Source of the DNA: Promethearchaeota archaeon
GTDB taxonomy: Archaea > Asgardarchaeota > Lokiarchaeia > Sigyniarchaeales > SOKP01
Direction of reading: 5' to 3'
DNA length: 64,000 nucleotides
Assembly (NCBI GenBank): GCA_048940925.1
Contig: JBHLOC010000002.1
Coordinates: 1 to 64,000, forward strand
Part shown: positions 29,622 to 40,269 of the stretch, in pieces
How the letters are laid out: every line of letters begins with the position of its first letter
Numbering within the stretch: position 1 is the first letter of the stretch
Position numbers and translations under genes: made by a program
Notes under the pieces: generated by a model
The model's database searches: none
What the model was told of the DNA's origin: nothing
The model's input: only the letters and a program-made list of their open reading frames with translations

Positions 29622-31613
29622 CTATACTAACTTTTTTTTCCAAGACTCAATAGCGTCTATTATCTCATTTTTATCATTTTCAGCTAAAAGATTATAATCT
29701 TCCTTGTATTTATTTATGAAACTCCTTAATTTATGCAACGTTACGGAAAAACCACGCTTCTCTAGGACAAAATCAGCAATCTTTTGTAATTCTTTACTAA
29801 AATCTTCACCTTTAACATTATTTAATTTCTGAATTAGATTATTAAAAGCGTCATTTATTAATAAACCTACTTCATCTCCAGCCTTAGGAACTTTAGGTGC
29901 TGTAGAGTTAATTTTTTCCTGCAATTTTTGTGTTAGATCAGTTATTTGCTCAGCTGGTTTTGGTGTGACCTCAGATTTTTTCTTTAGTGTATTAGCAATT
30001 ATCCCACTTTGAGGAAATCTGATCTCCTCAATTCTTTCGAATACTTGAGTTGGTGTCCTACTGACTTTTTGTGGTTCTTTTTTAATTTCGGATGTTGAAC
30101 GAGATATGGGTTTAACAGTACCCATTGCTGGTTTAGCTGGAGTAATATTACCTGAAATTTTGGCTTTTTGAGACGCATAAAAAGTATCACTATATGCTTC
30201 TTCCCAATTTGACTTAACTATTGAATCTAATAATTTAACAAAAGGTCTATAATTGCTTCCTATGCCAACAAAGTCATTTAATGGGTTTTCAATATTATTT
30301 TGGATAATACCAATAGCAATCTTATCGTTATCTCCTTTTAAAGCAATTAAATTCTCATTTTGATTTACTTTATAAGTTAAATTAGTTATACCTTTAAACT
30401 TCTTAACTAAACTATTTGTATGGGGTTCTGAAGAAGCAATTCGAATTTTTAATTCTTTGGAGATATTTTCAAATTGTTCTACTACCAAATGATTTTCAAG
30501 ATTTGGAACAATAATAATAAGGTTTTTTTTAGAATTAGTTATAAATTTCTGGATTTCTTCATTTATTTTTATCCTGCTATTTATTACCCAAAGATTATTA
30601 ATTACAGGTTTATCTTTAGAAATAATATCATGAAAATATATTTTCATAACATCTTCAATTGGTTTGTTTAAATTATAAATTTGATTTACAGAATCTTGAA
30701 TTACTGCGTTTAAATTTTCTGCAATTTTTATCTCAAGGTTTTTTAAGCTAGCTGACAAATCATCCTTATTCTCAGAGATCATTTCATAGATTTTATTCAT
30801 TTTACTTTCAAAGTTAGTTAGCATGTTAAGTAGAATCATTTTGAAATCATTGCGGTACTCAAATGTTGTCTCAATTAATTTATCTAAAGGCATTATAAAG
30901 TCATTAAATTCTTTTTCTATTAACCCATGCAAATTATTAGTAAATTTTCCAATAATTTTATCCATTTGTTCTTTAAATAATTGATTCAAAACAGATATAA
31001 CTTCTTTTCTATGCTTTTTGAAGCCAAGTTCATCAAGTTTAGTAATTATTTCAGTTTTTATAGTAGTAATTGTTTTCAATAAATTCGAAAATTGAGTTTG
31101 AGTAATTGATTTAATATTTTCATGTAAATCAATCATTTCTTCTTTAGCTTTAGTTAAAGCTTCCATTCCTTCAACAATATCTTCTATTTCTTGTTTCTGA
31201 ATTATAGTATCCTCTTCAATATCTTTTCTAAATTCGTGAAAAGTATTGACAATTCCATCTAAATTAATAGTATTATCTTGTTGAAAGATTTGATTCACAG
31301 AATTTATCATTAATTCTTGTATTAAGTCTTTAATATTAGATAAACTTGACTCGATGTTTTCATAATAATTTAATATTGGAAGAATAGGAGGAATTGCTAA
31401 ATAATGTGTTAGAACTTCATGTTGTTCAGATACTAATCGAAGTAATAAACCCCCATTGACTAATTGATTCAAACTTTCTTCGAATTCCTCAAGAGTCGCA
31501 CTAGATACTATTGTTTTTAACTCATAATATGTTAATGGATTTTTTCCCAAAGATTTAATATACATTTCTATTGCATAGTTAGATAACTGAATTTTTCTTA
31601 AAAAATCCTCCAT
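29622..31613 (-). CDS. Large coiled-coil hypothetical protein (possible N-terminal TrmB-like HTH)
   Basis: 663-aa ORF with a long heptad-rich central region. Confidence 0.55.
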   Translation of the reverse strand: MEDFLRKIQLSNYAIEMYIKSLGKNPLTYYELKTIVSSATLEEFEESLNQLVNGGLLLRLVSEQHEVLTHYLAIPPILPILNYYENIESSLSNIKDLIQELMINSVNQIFQQDNTINLDGIVNTFHEFRKDIEEDTIIQKQEIEDIVEGMEALTKAKEEMIDLHENIKSITQTQFSNLLKTITTIKTEIITKLDELGFKKHRKEVISVLNQLFKEQMDKIIGKFTNNLHGLIEKEFNDFIMPLDKLIETTFEYRNDFKMILLNMLTNFESKMNKIYEMISENKDDLSASLKNLEIKIAENLNAVIQDSVNQIYNLNKPIEDVMKIYFHDIISKDKPVINNLWVINSRIKINEEIQKFITNSKKNLIIIVPNLENHLVVEQFENISKELKIRIASSEPHTNSLVKKFKGITNLTYKVNQNENLIALKGDNDKIAIGIIQNNIENPLNDFVGIGSNYRPFVKLLDSIVKSNWEEAYSDTFYASQKAKISGNITPAKPAMGTVKPISRSTSEIKKEPQKVSRTPTQVFERIEEIRFPQSGIIANTLKKKSEVTPKPAEQITDLTQKLQEKINSTAPKVPKAGDEVGLLINDAFNNLIQKLNNVKGEDFSKELQKIADFVLEKRGFSVTLHKLRSFINKYKEDYNLLAENDKNEIIDAIESWKKKLV

Positions 31614-31779
31614 TTACTTTCCACCAATTAGAATCTCAAATTTATGCTAGTTATATTTATGCGTAAGTTATTTTTATTTGTATTTATTTATTTGTGTTTC
31701 AAAAAAAATATTTAAGGAGGTTCTCTTATTATGATTAATAATATAATGCTAGATAATCATTGAAATTGGATAATCAGAT

Positions 31780-32988
31780 GTGAAGGAAATGCATGAGGAT
31801 GTTTACTTTTATCTAGATTTAACAAAAGATTTACTAAAAAAGAAAGAAATTATAAAAACTATTACATATTACATTGAAGAAAAAAATAAGGTTAATATAA
31901 AAGGACATTATTCTCTTCTCATTTTCCAAGAAAAAGGCAATCCTATATTTATTACTGATAAAAAAGATGCAAATATTATTGCTAATTCTATTGAAGAAAA
32001 TTGGAAATTTAGACCAAAAAAGCAGAGTTATTTTGAGAATGGCTTATTTTATATATTTTCTTATATAGCTGAGACTGTAAGAAAAAAATCAAAATTTTAT
32101 AGAATAATAATAATAACAGATACTCCATCTGATTTATCTGAAGATTACCAAGAAGCTTTATTTAATTTGGTATCAAAGATAAAAAACTTCCCTACTTTTA
32201 TTGATATTATTCGCATATCTGAAGGTGATACGCGATTTTTCAGTGATGACGTTAAATTGAATATGTTAGCTGCTGACACGAAGGGATCTATCGTTTATAT
32301 TCAAAATAGAAAAGAATTTTCTGAAAGAATTAAGAAATTAGTAAAATCTAAACAATTTGTCAGTATTTTTGCTGAAAGATCAGATATAATTAAAATAAGT
32401 AAAGAAGATTACACCTTCTACAACCACTTGGCAAAATCATTAGAAAAACCAGATAACCAACAAGGATTAAAGTGTTATCTCTGCAATGAAGAATTGTGTC
32501 CAGTATGTACTGACATCTACGATATTCCGTTAGTATGTAAAGATTGCAATGCGAGTTTCCACCATTGTTGTATTACTAAACATGTAATAAATCATAATAT
32601 TGGTATACCAAATATATTTCGATGCCCTGGTCCCTCTTGTGATGTTCTATTAAAAATTAACGAGGATGATATAATTAAAGTTTCTGGTGAAGTAAAGGTG
32701 AGATCTGTGGAAGATTTTATGCAAGAAGAAGTTTTACAAAAAATATCTAAGAGAGTACCAAAAATAAAGCCATTACCAGTATCAAGACCAGAGATAAAAC
32801 AAACTATAAATAAAAATATAGATACATTACCAGCCAATACCTATAGTACAGAAGAAAAAAAAAATAAAACCATAAAAGTTGGAGGTTTTTTTGGTAAAAT
32901 GTATACAGTAAAGAAAGATGGTGATAAAATAGTATATGAAAGATTAACAAAGACTACTTCTTTTAAACCAAATAATGATATGTCATAA
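31780..32988 (+). CDS. vWA-like domain + Cys-rich (RING/PHD-like) zinc finger protein, paralog 1
   Basis: FYLDLT / RIIIITDTP / FIDIIRI strands; CxxC-CxxC-CxxC-HxxC-CP(G)xxC cluster. Confidence 0.6.
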   Translation: MKEMHEDVYFYLDLTKDLLKKKEIIKTITYYIEEKNKVNIKGHYSLLIFQEKGNPIFITDKKDANIIANSIEENWKFRPKKQSYFENGLFYIFSYIAETVRKKSKFYRIIIITDTPSDLSEDYQEALFNLVSKIKNFPTFIDIIRISEGDTRFFSDDVKLNMLAADTKGSIVYIQNRKEFSERIKKLVKSKQFVSIFAERSDIIKISKEDYTFYNHLAKSLEKPDNQQGLKCYLCNEELCPVCTDIYDIPLVCKDCNASFHHCCITKHVINHNIGIPNIFRCPGPSCDVLLKINEDDIIKVSGEVKVRSVEDFMQEEVLQKISKRVPKIKPLPVSRPEIKQTINKNIDTLPANTYSTEEKKNKTIKVGGFFGKMYTVKKDGDKIVYERLTKTTSFKPNNDMS

Positions 32989-33239
32989 TTATTGGAAATC
33001 TACTTTATTTACTCTCTTGTAATTAATAAGATAACTTTATAGTGGTTATTTTCAAGATTATAAAGAAGTAGAATCAACAACTATAACATCTTTATAATAT
33101 AAATATTAAAAAAAAAAACTGCTAAAGTAAGAATAATAAATTTGAGGAATATAAATAAAAATAAATAACAATTCTATTATTATTTTTTTAAAATTTTACC
33201 ATTTTTATAGTTAACTTAAATACTGAATTTGATAACAAA

Positions 33240-34571
33240 ATGTTACCCGGATCAGATGCAACTAATTCAGAAGAATTCATATTTTACTTAGATTTAACCG
33301 GAGAATTTTTAAAAAAGAAAGTTCTAGTGAAAGCTATTAATACTTTCATTAAAGAAAAAGACAATTTTAATGCTTTGAGCTCATATGGGATAGTGATTTT
33401 TCAAAAAAACGAAAATCCTGTGAATGTTTATGATTTAAAAGATTCTGAGACTGTGTTGAAAATAGTTAATAAGGCATGGGATACTCGAGAAACAGAACAA
33501 AGTTATCTAGAAAATGGATTATATGAGATTCTCGCTTACATATTTCGAAAAAGTAGAGAAACAAGAAAAAATTACCGCGTAATTATTATTTCAGATACGC
33601 CAAGTAGCTTATCAGAAGATTATTACAACGCACTTTATGATTTACTTATCAAAGCTAAGAAATTTTTCACTTTTATTGATATAATTCGAGTTGGATCAGA
33701 GAAATTTTATGAAGATGATGTAAAATTAAAAGTAATATCTAGTGAAACTCAAGGAGGTATGTTTTATTGTCAAGACGAAAAGTTATTGCAAAATATCCTT
33801 GGTTCTTTAGTTCAAAATAAAAGAGAATTTAATGTTATTAAAGTAGAAGGATCCGATCAGATTCTAGAAGAAGACAAGGTTTTTTATGAACGTTTAGCAG
33901 TTGATTTAATTAGCCTATCTTCTGAAGACGTAGAGATATGTACCATTTGTGAACAAGAATTATGTCCAATTTGTGAAGCCTATTCTGATGAGATACATAA
34001 ATGTTTTAATTGTGGTGCAAAATTTCATAATTGTTGCGCGGCAAAATATTCACTTGCTAAAAATATTGGATTTAAGCATATCTTTCGATGCCCTCAATGT
34101 GACACGTTATTAAAGTTAGATGAAGAATTTGTAATTATGGTTTATGAAGAAGATTTAGAAGAGGATTTAACAGATATTGACCTTTCAGTAAGTGAAATTG
34201 AAGAACTTCCTGAAGAAGAACTTGTACAAATAGACTTTACAGAGGAACTTGAACAAGTAGAAGAGCAAATAGTAGAACAGGAAGAACACAGCTCAGACAT
34301 ATCAAAACTTCACCCACCTCCCGAAGCGAGAAAAAAAGTTAAAGTAGGGGGATTTTTTGGTAAAGAAATTGAAATAAAATTGAAAAAAGAATTACCATCC
34401 CACACAAAGGGATCAATTGCAAGTAAAGAGCGAGAAGAACCTATTTCTATTACAGCTTTAAAACCACCTAGAAAAAAAACACCAGGAACGATAAAGTTAT
34501 GCAAAATATGTGGGGCTACATTATCAGGTACGGTTACTATTTGTCCTACATGTGGTGCAAATCTAGACTAA
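33240..34571 (+). CDS. vWA-like domain + Cys-rich zinc finger + C-terminal zinc ribbon, paralog 2
   Basis: Colinear with 31780..32988; extra acidic linker and CKICG...CPTCG. Confidence 0.6.
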   Translation: MLPGSDATNSEEFIFYLDLTGEFLKKKVLVKAINTFIKEKDNFNALSSYGIVIFQKNENPVNVYDLKDSETVLKIVNKAWDTRETEQSYLENGLYEILAYIFRKSRETRKNYRVIIISDTPSSLSEDYYNALYDLLIKAKKFFTFIDIIRVGSEKFYEDDVKLKVISSETQGGMFYCQDEKLLQNILGSLVQNKREFNVIKVEGSDQILEEDKVFYERLAVDLISLSSEDVEICTICEQELCPICEAYSDEIHKCFNCGAKFHNCCAAKYSLAKNIGFKHIFRCPQCDTLLKLDEEFVIMVYEEDLEEDLTDIDLSVSEIEELPEEELVQIDFTEELEQVEEQIVEQEEHSSDISKLHPPPEARKKVKVGGFFGKEIEIKLKKELPSHTKGSIASKEREEPISITALKPPRKKTPGTIKLCKICGATLSGTVTICPTCGANLD

Positions 34572-34585
34572 TCTATTGCTGATTC

Positions 34586-35137
34586 TTATATATTTAAATC
34601 TTCAACAAGAATAATACCTGATACATTTGTTTCTTTTACCGCACTGAACTTCTTTTTCTTTAAACTTGTAAATTCTTTTAGAGAAGTTAAGATCTCATTT
34701 ATTTTTACTTTTGGAAAATCATTTAAGGTTAAATTACACCTTTTCTCAGAATCATTCTTAATAAAGAGAAATTGATACACTATATAAGGTTTAACTTCAA
34801 GGTTTTTCAGTCTTACTTCAATTTTCTCGATTTCAAACCAAGAAATGTGAAATTTCGGTTTTCGAGGTAATATAATTTCAATTTCATATTGTGATATACT
34901 AAATTTTCTGAGTTTACCAGGAGCTTTTGTTACAACATAATAATAGTAAGCAAAAAATATGAAAAGTACTCCTAAACTTAATAATGTAGTTATAAAAGCT
35001 CCAGGAATTAACAATGTGAAAGTAACAATTAAAATAATTAATATTGAAATAATGAATATGACAAGTGAACATGGGATAGTGAAACCATGAGATTTCTCAC
35101 CCGAGAAATCAACTATTTCAATATTATCAGAGTCCAT
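34586..35137 (-). CDS. Membrane protein (2 TM + soluble domain)
   Basis: Two N-terminal hydrophobic segments. Confidence 0.6.
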   Translation of the reverse strand: MDSDNIEIVDFSGEKSHGFTIPCSLVIFIISILIILIVTFTLLIPGAFITTLLSLGVLFIFFAYYYYVVTKAPGKLRKFSISQYEIEIILPRKPKFHISWFEIEKIEVRLKNLEVKPYIVYQFLFIKNDSEKRCNLTLNDFPKVKINEILTSLKEFTSLKKKKFSAVKETNVSGIILVEDLNI

Positions 35138-35511
35138 GTCTTAAAATTAGTTTGATTTAGAATACATTTAAACTTTGATATAAAATATTATGTTTGTATA
35201 GATATTAAATAGACTAAAAAAAATAGATAATGTCATCTTGAAATAAATAGCAATTATTATTCGAGATATGACTCAAGATGATGAATATTATGTTAGTACC
35301 TATACTAATTTGAATGAGAACAACATTGAACGTGAAAATTCTGCCTTACGGCAAATATATATTAATGACAAATTAATCAAAGTAGGTTCAGAAATAGAGA
35401 AAGACAGAATAAGGCAAGAAATAAAAAATACTCAGGTTAATGTAAATAATTTTTAAATATAATTAAAATTTTTAAAGAACAATTATAAAAGAAAGTTATT
35501 TTCTGGTTTAA

Positions 35512-36852
35512 ATGTTCATAAAAGATGAATTAATGCAATATGAGAAAAATCGTCCAAAATCAAAAGAAATTTGGAAAAAAGCACTTGAAATATTACCGGG
35601 AGGAATATCTCATAATATCAGAACTTTTGGATTGCATTTAATTGGTGGTTTTCCTGTATTTATAAACTCGGGTTTTGGACCAACTCTTAAGGATATAGAC
35701 GGCAATGAATATATTGATTGTTGGTGTGGGCATTTCGCTATGATTTTAGGACATAATCCTCCTGAAATTAAAGAAAGTGTTAAAGAATATTTAGCATATG
35801 GTTGGCATTTTGGAACAAATACAGAATATCAAGTTAACCTTGCGGATACCATAATTAAGGATAATCCTGGAATCGAGAAATTAAGATTTTGTGTTACTGG
35901 AACAGAAGCCACAATGTATGCTTCTCGTTTAGCTCGAGCTTTCACTAAAAAGAGACTTATAGCTAAAGCTAAAGCAGGATGGCATGGTGCAAATGACACC
36001 TTATCCTATGATATAGGAGGGTTAAAAAGTATAGAGCCATCTCCGGGGTTACTTAAAGCTGAACAAGCAGGTGTTATAACTTTTGAGATCAATACTGAGG
36101 ATATATTTAATATTATAACGAAAAATTCTAATGAACTAGCTGCGATAATTTTAGAACCTGTTTTAGGTGGTGGAGGGGGTTTTCCTGCTGATCCAGAATA
36201 TTTGAAAAGATTAAGAGAAGAAACGGAACGAAATGGAATTCTTCTTATCTTTGATGAGGTGATAACAGGTTATCGTTTTACTAACAGTTTTTTTCAGAAT
36301 GAATTAGGGATAATCCCTGATTTAACAACAATGGGGAAAATTATCGGTGGTGGATTTCCGATTGGTGCCGTAGGTGGGCGTAAAGAAATCATCGATCAAT
36401 CCAGACCTGATGTGGAGAACCAAGTATTAATTGGGGGAGGAACTTTTTCTGGATACCCGCTTAGTATGATAGCAGGTTTAAAAACTTTAGAGATTTTAAA
36501 TGAATCACATCAAGAATATCTTCGGATAGGTCAAGAAGGGGATAGATTGTTGAATAATTTAAATCAATTTTTTAACGATGAGAAAATAAAAATTGTTGCA
36601 AAAGGATACAAATCAATAATTATGCTCCATGCTCTCACTAAATGGATTGAAGAACCTTCTATGCGGGAAATTTTTGAATTCCAGGATAGAAAACGTGAAG
36701 CTTTACTCCAATTAGCTCTTTTTAATCGAAATATATCAGGATTACACGGTTTAGGTTCAATTTCGATGGCTCATAATCATGAAAATGTAGCTAAAGTACA
36801 AGAAGTTGTAGAAGAAATTGCACATCCTGTTTCCCAATCAGAATTCAATTAA
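35512..36852 (+). CDS. Class III PLP aminotransferase (glutamate-1-semialdehyde aminomutase-like)
   Basis: GTEATM, WHG, FDEVITGYR, MGKIIGGGFPIG, GGTFSG. Confidence 0.85.
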   Translation: MFIKDELMQYEKNRPKSKEIWKKALEILPGGISHNIRTFGLHLIGGFPVFINSGFGPTLKDIDGNEYIDCWCGHFAMILGHNPPEIKESVKEYLAYGWHFGTNTEYQVNLADTIIKDNPGIEKLRFCVTGTEATMYASRLARAFTKKRLIAKAKAGWHGANDTLSYDIGGLKSIEPSPGLLKAEQAGVITFEINTEDIFNIITKNSNELAAIILEPVLGGGGGFPADPEYLKRLREETERNGILLIFDEVITGYRFTNSFFQNELGIIPDLTTMGKIIGGGFPIGAVGGRKEIIDQSRPDVENQVLIGGGTFSGYPLSMIAGLKTLEILNESHQEYLRIGQEGDRLLNNLNQFFNDEKIKIVAKGYKSIIMLHALTKWIEEPSMREIFEFQDRKREALLQLALFNRNISGLHGLGSISMAHNHENVAKVQEVVEEIAHPVSQSEFN

Positions 36853-36867
36853 ATTTTATTAAAAAAG

Positions 36868-37902
36868 GTGGATGAAATGAATAAAAAGTTTGATGTTATA
36901 CAAGTAGGGTTTGGACCAATGGGAAGAATTATTGCTAACCTCCTTATAACACGTAGAAATATTAATCTTAGGGGAATTATTGATATTGACCCTCAACTTA
37001 TTGGAGAAAAGTTAAGTGAAATTATAGATATAGAAGAAGGATCTAATCTTATAGTTGAATCTGATTTTGATGAACTTCTCTCAAGAGAGAGAGTTGATGT
37101 AATAATTATAGCAACATCTTCTTCTTTAGAAAAAGTAGCACCAATAATAAAAAGAGCAATTGAATCAGAAAGTAATGTTATCTCGATATGTGAGGAATTA
37201 TCTTATCCATATCAATCTTACCCTCAGCTTTCTGAGGAACTTGATGCATTAGCAAAATCTAATAATGTTACAGTAGTTGGAACAGGAATTAATCCTGGAT
37301 ATCTCATGGATTTATTACCAATTGTCATTACTGCTCCATGTCAAAAGGTGGAATCGGTTAAAGTGACAAGAATGATGAACTCCGCCAAAAGAAGAGAATC
37401 ATTCCAACGAAAAATAGGGACTGGCTTAACTCCTGAAGAATTTCATCAAAAAATTACTAAAAAAGAAATTACTGGTCATGTTGGATTAAAAGAATCTATT
37501 CAAATGATTATAACTGCACTTGGGTTTCAATGTGATGAAATTATCGAGTTTTCCCCTAAAGAAATAATAGCTGAGAAAGAATTTACAACTTCTTACAGTC
37601 AGACTGTTCCAGAAGGGTATGTTTGCGGGTTAGAAAGTAAGGCAGTAGCAAGAAGGGAAGGTAGAGATATTATCTTATTAGATTTTATAGCTTATGCTGG
37701 TGACCATGAAGAATATGATAGCATAGAAACCATAGGAGTCCCATCCATCCATCAAAAAATTATTGGGGGTGTTCATGGTGATTTAGGCACAGCAGCAATG
37801 GTTGCGAATTTGATTCCTAAAGTAGTAGGTGCGAAAGCAGGATTATTAACCATGAAAGATCTTCCTGTACCTTGTTATACTGAAAACATTTGGAGAAATT
37901 AG
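36868..37902 (+). CDS. 2,4-diaminopentanoate dehydrogenase-like / DapB-family oxidoreductase
   Basis: GFGPMG Rossmann motif, NVISICEEL, GTGINPGYLMD, GHVGL, GGVHGD. Confidence 0.75.
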   Translation: MDEMNKKFDVIQVGFGPMGRIIANLLITRRNINLRGIIDIDPQLIGEKLSEIIDIEEGSNLIVESDFDELLSRERVDVIIIATSSSLEKVAPIIKRAIESESNVISICEELSYPYQSYPQLSEELDALAKSNNVTVVGTGINPGYLMDLLPIVITAPCQKVESVKVTRMMNSAKRRESFQRKIGTGLTPEEFHQKITKKEITGHVGLKESIQMIITALGFQCDEIIEFSPKEIIAEKEFTTSYSQTVPEGYVCGLESKAVARREGRDIILLDFIAYAGDHEEYDSIETIGVPSIHQKIIGGVHGDLGTAAMVANLIPKVVGAKAGLLTMKDLPVPCYTENIWRN

Positions 37903-38025
37903 CCCTAAATTCTAAAATAGGATTTTATAACTTTTAAATAGTAAAACAATTTAACATAAACTATAAAAAAATTTGGTTTGTTTTTATTCATAGTTATCTT
38001 TAACTTTTGACCGGCTAAAAGATGT

Positions 38026-40116
38026 ATGAAAATGAAAATTAGTAACAAAAGTATTTTAATGATCTTATTTATTGAAATAATTTTTCTTCTTCCATTAGCC
38101 ATCTTTATCAATCCAATAATTATTGAGAATGGATCTAATTCAGAACAGGTATTTCAGGAACCTGTTCCCTCAGCAGGTATAGACTTGGAAATATACATGC
38201 CAGATTATCAAATCCCTGGAGTCGAAAATGTTACAGATGATTTTTTAGCTTCACCCTTAGGAAATGGAGTAAATTCTGTAACTGTCAAGTCTTCTGGACC
38301 TGCTACTGATGTACAATTATCATTTCTTCAAGCATTAATGGAAGCAGGTACAGCAACTGCAACGGTAATTGGATTAGACGTAATTTGGACTGCTCTCTTT
38401 GCAGATAATGGATGGATTATTGAACTAGATCCATATCTAGAAACAAATGAATTGGATGATTACAGCCCCGGTATAGTTAATGCATGTAAATACGATGGTA
38501 TAACTTATGCTTACCCCTATTTCATGAATCTAGGAGCCTTATATTATCGAAAAGATCTTTTAGATCTTCATCTCCCAGGTTGGACAGAAACAGATTTTGA
38601 TACATGGGAAGGATTAAACACTACAGCTAATTACATTCTCAATAATGAGGCGGGATTACTTGATGATCCTGATTTAGTCGGTTATATCGGACAACTAGAC
38701 GCTTATGAAGGTGGCGTTGTTAATTTTTTTGAATGGTGTGGAAGCAATGGTGCTTTAAATTTAATAAGCAATAGTACGGTTAATATTAATACACCGAAAG
38801 TAGCAAAAGCAATGGAATTTATCAAGGCTTTGATCCCCCCTGAATATGCTGGAGTCCAAGGTACAGATTGTATTATACCACGTGAGGCTTTAACTTACAA
38901 TGAAGGCTTATCATATAATAAATGGATATCAAATGAATCAATATTCATGCGACAATGGACATATGCATATGGTCTATCCCTTGCTAATAATATGGAATTT
39001 GGAATAGCTCCATTACCTCATTTTCAAGGAGCTGCAGGATATAAAACCTCTTGCGTAGGCGGAGCTATTTTAGCTATACCTACTGCAACAACAGGCATAG
39101 CAAGAAAAGCTGCTGTCAATTTAACTAAATTCCTTGGAGATGTATTAGCTCAAGAATCAGAACTTACAGCTGATACTGATCCTGGTCCTGGTTATATTCC
39201 GTTATCCAATTTTCCTGCATTAAAGTCTGTTTATAGCAATCCACCAGCAGGTTTTGACTGGATAAAAAATTGGTCAGATCAAGTAAATTTAACATTGTCA
39301 AGACCTGTTGTAATTAAGTATTCTCAAATATCTTCAGCAATCGCAATCTCATTTAATGAATTATTAAGTTGTCAAAAGAGTGTTGATGTTGCTCTGACTG
39401 AATTGCAAGAGACTATAGCGGTCATCCTTGGATTGGTGCCAGGAAGTTTCACACTCACAAGTGATGCAGATGATCCTGATCCTGATGGTGCGTTTAACTT
39501 GATTTGGACAACTTCAGAAGGAGCAGATAATTATTCCTTGTATACATACCATAATCATATTACAAAAATAAATCAAAGTTTAACTTTACTTGCTAATCAA
39601 AATGCGACTTCGCCTTATCCTATCTCTGGTTTGTTGAATGGAACTTATTACTATGTTGTTGTTGCATATAATGAATCTGGCTATAGATTATCGGATTGTA
39701 TAAATGTAACAGTACAGATAATGCTACCGGGCTCATTTATATTAACTACTAATGCAGATACTCCTGATACTGATGGATCGTTTAGTTTAACATGGACAGC
39801 ATCTTCAGAAGCAGATAATTATTCCCTGTATACCTACCAAAGTTATATTAGTGAAATAAATCAAAGTTTAACCTTACTCGTTGATCAAAATGCAACTTCA
39901 CCATACTCTGTTACAGGTTTAGAAAATGGCAATTATTATTATGTTATTGTAGCTTATAACGAATTTGGTAGTAGACTATCAAATTGTATTAAAATTGTGG
40001 TTGAAATTGAAGGTGGAGAGAATATTATTCCAGGATACAATATATCTTTGTTTATATCTATGATTAGCTTGACTGGTGGACTCATTATTTTTTGGCATCT
40101 TAAGAAAAAAAATTGA
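38026..40116 (+). CDS. Sugar-type extracellular solute-binding protein + two FN3-like repeats + IPGY-TM C-terminal anchor
   Basis: LDVIWTALFADNGW, LYYRKDLL, FMRQWTY; 96-aa duplicated unit (starts at 39439 and 39727); IPGYNI-hydrophobic-KKK end. Confidence 0.8.
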   Translation: MKMKISNKSILMILFIEIIFLLPLAIFINPIIIENGSNSEQVFQEPVPSAGIDLEIYMPDYQIPGVENVTDDFLASPLGNGVNSVTVKSSGPATDVQLSFLQALMEAGTATATVIGLDVIWTALFADNGWIIELDPYLETNELDDYSPGIVNACKYDGITYAYPYFMNLGALYYRKDLLDLHLPGWTETDFDTWEGLNTTANYILNNEAGLLDDPDLVGYIGQLDAYEGGVVNFFEWCGSNGALNLISNSTVNINTPKVAKAMEFIKALIPPEYAGVQGTDCIIPREALTYNEGLSYNKWISNESIFMRQWTYAYGLSLANNMEFGIAPLPHFQGAAGYKTSCVGGAILAIPTATTGIARKAAVNLTKFLGDVLAQESELTADTDPGPGYIPLSNFPALKSVYSNPPAGFDWIKNWSDQVNLTLSRPVVIKYSQISSAIAISFNELLSCQKSVDVALTELQETIAVILGLVPGSFTLTSDADDPDPDGAFNLIWTTSEGADNYSLYTYHNHITKINQSLTLLANQNATSPYPISGLLNGTYYYVVVAYNESGYRLSDCINVTVQIMLPGSFILTTNADTPDTDGSFSLTWTASSEADNYSLYTYQSYISEINQSLTLLVDQNATSPYSVTGLENGNYYYVIVAYNEFGSRLSNCIKIVVEIEGGENIIPGYNISLFISMISLTGGLIIFWHLKKKN

Positions 40117-40269
40117 ATATTATGATATATATCAACGAAAAAGAAAGTTTTCAACTTTTTTTTATTTGAAAATTATATCTACAAAGTATTTTGAGATGAG
40201 ATTTATTTTAAATAGAAGCAATTAGTTAAGTATTTCACCAATTGATTTATCTAAAATTCAAAATAAACA

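Noticed and set aside
35245-35456. 62-aa ORF, possibly the N-terminal remnant of an acetyltransferase-like gene
   Set aside because: Resemblance is limited to 'IIIRDMTQDDEYYVST'; too weak to call
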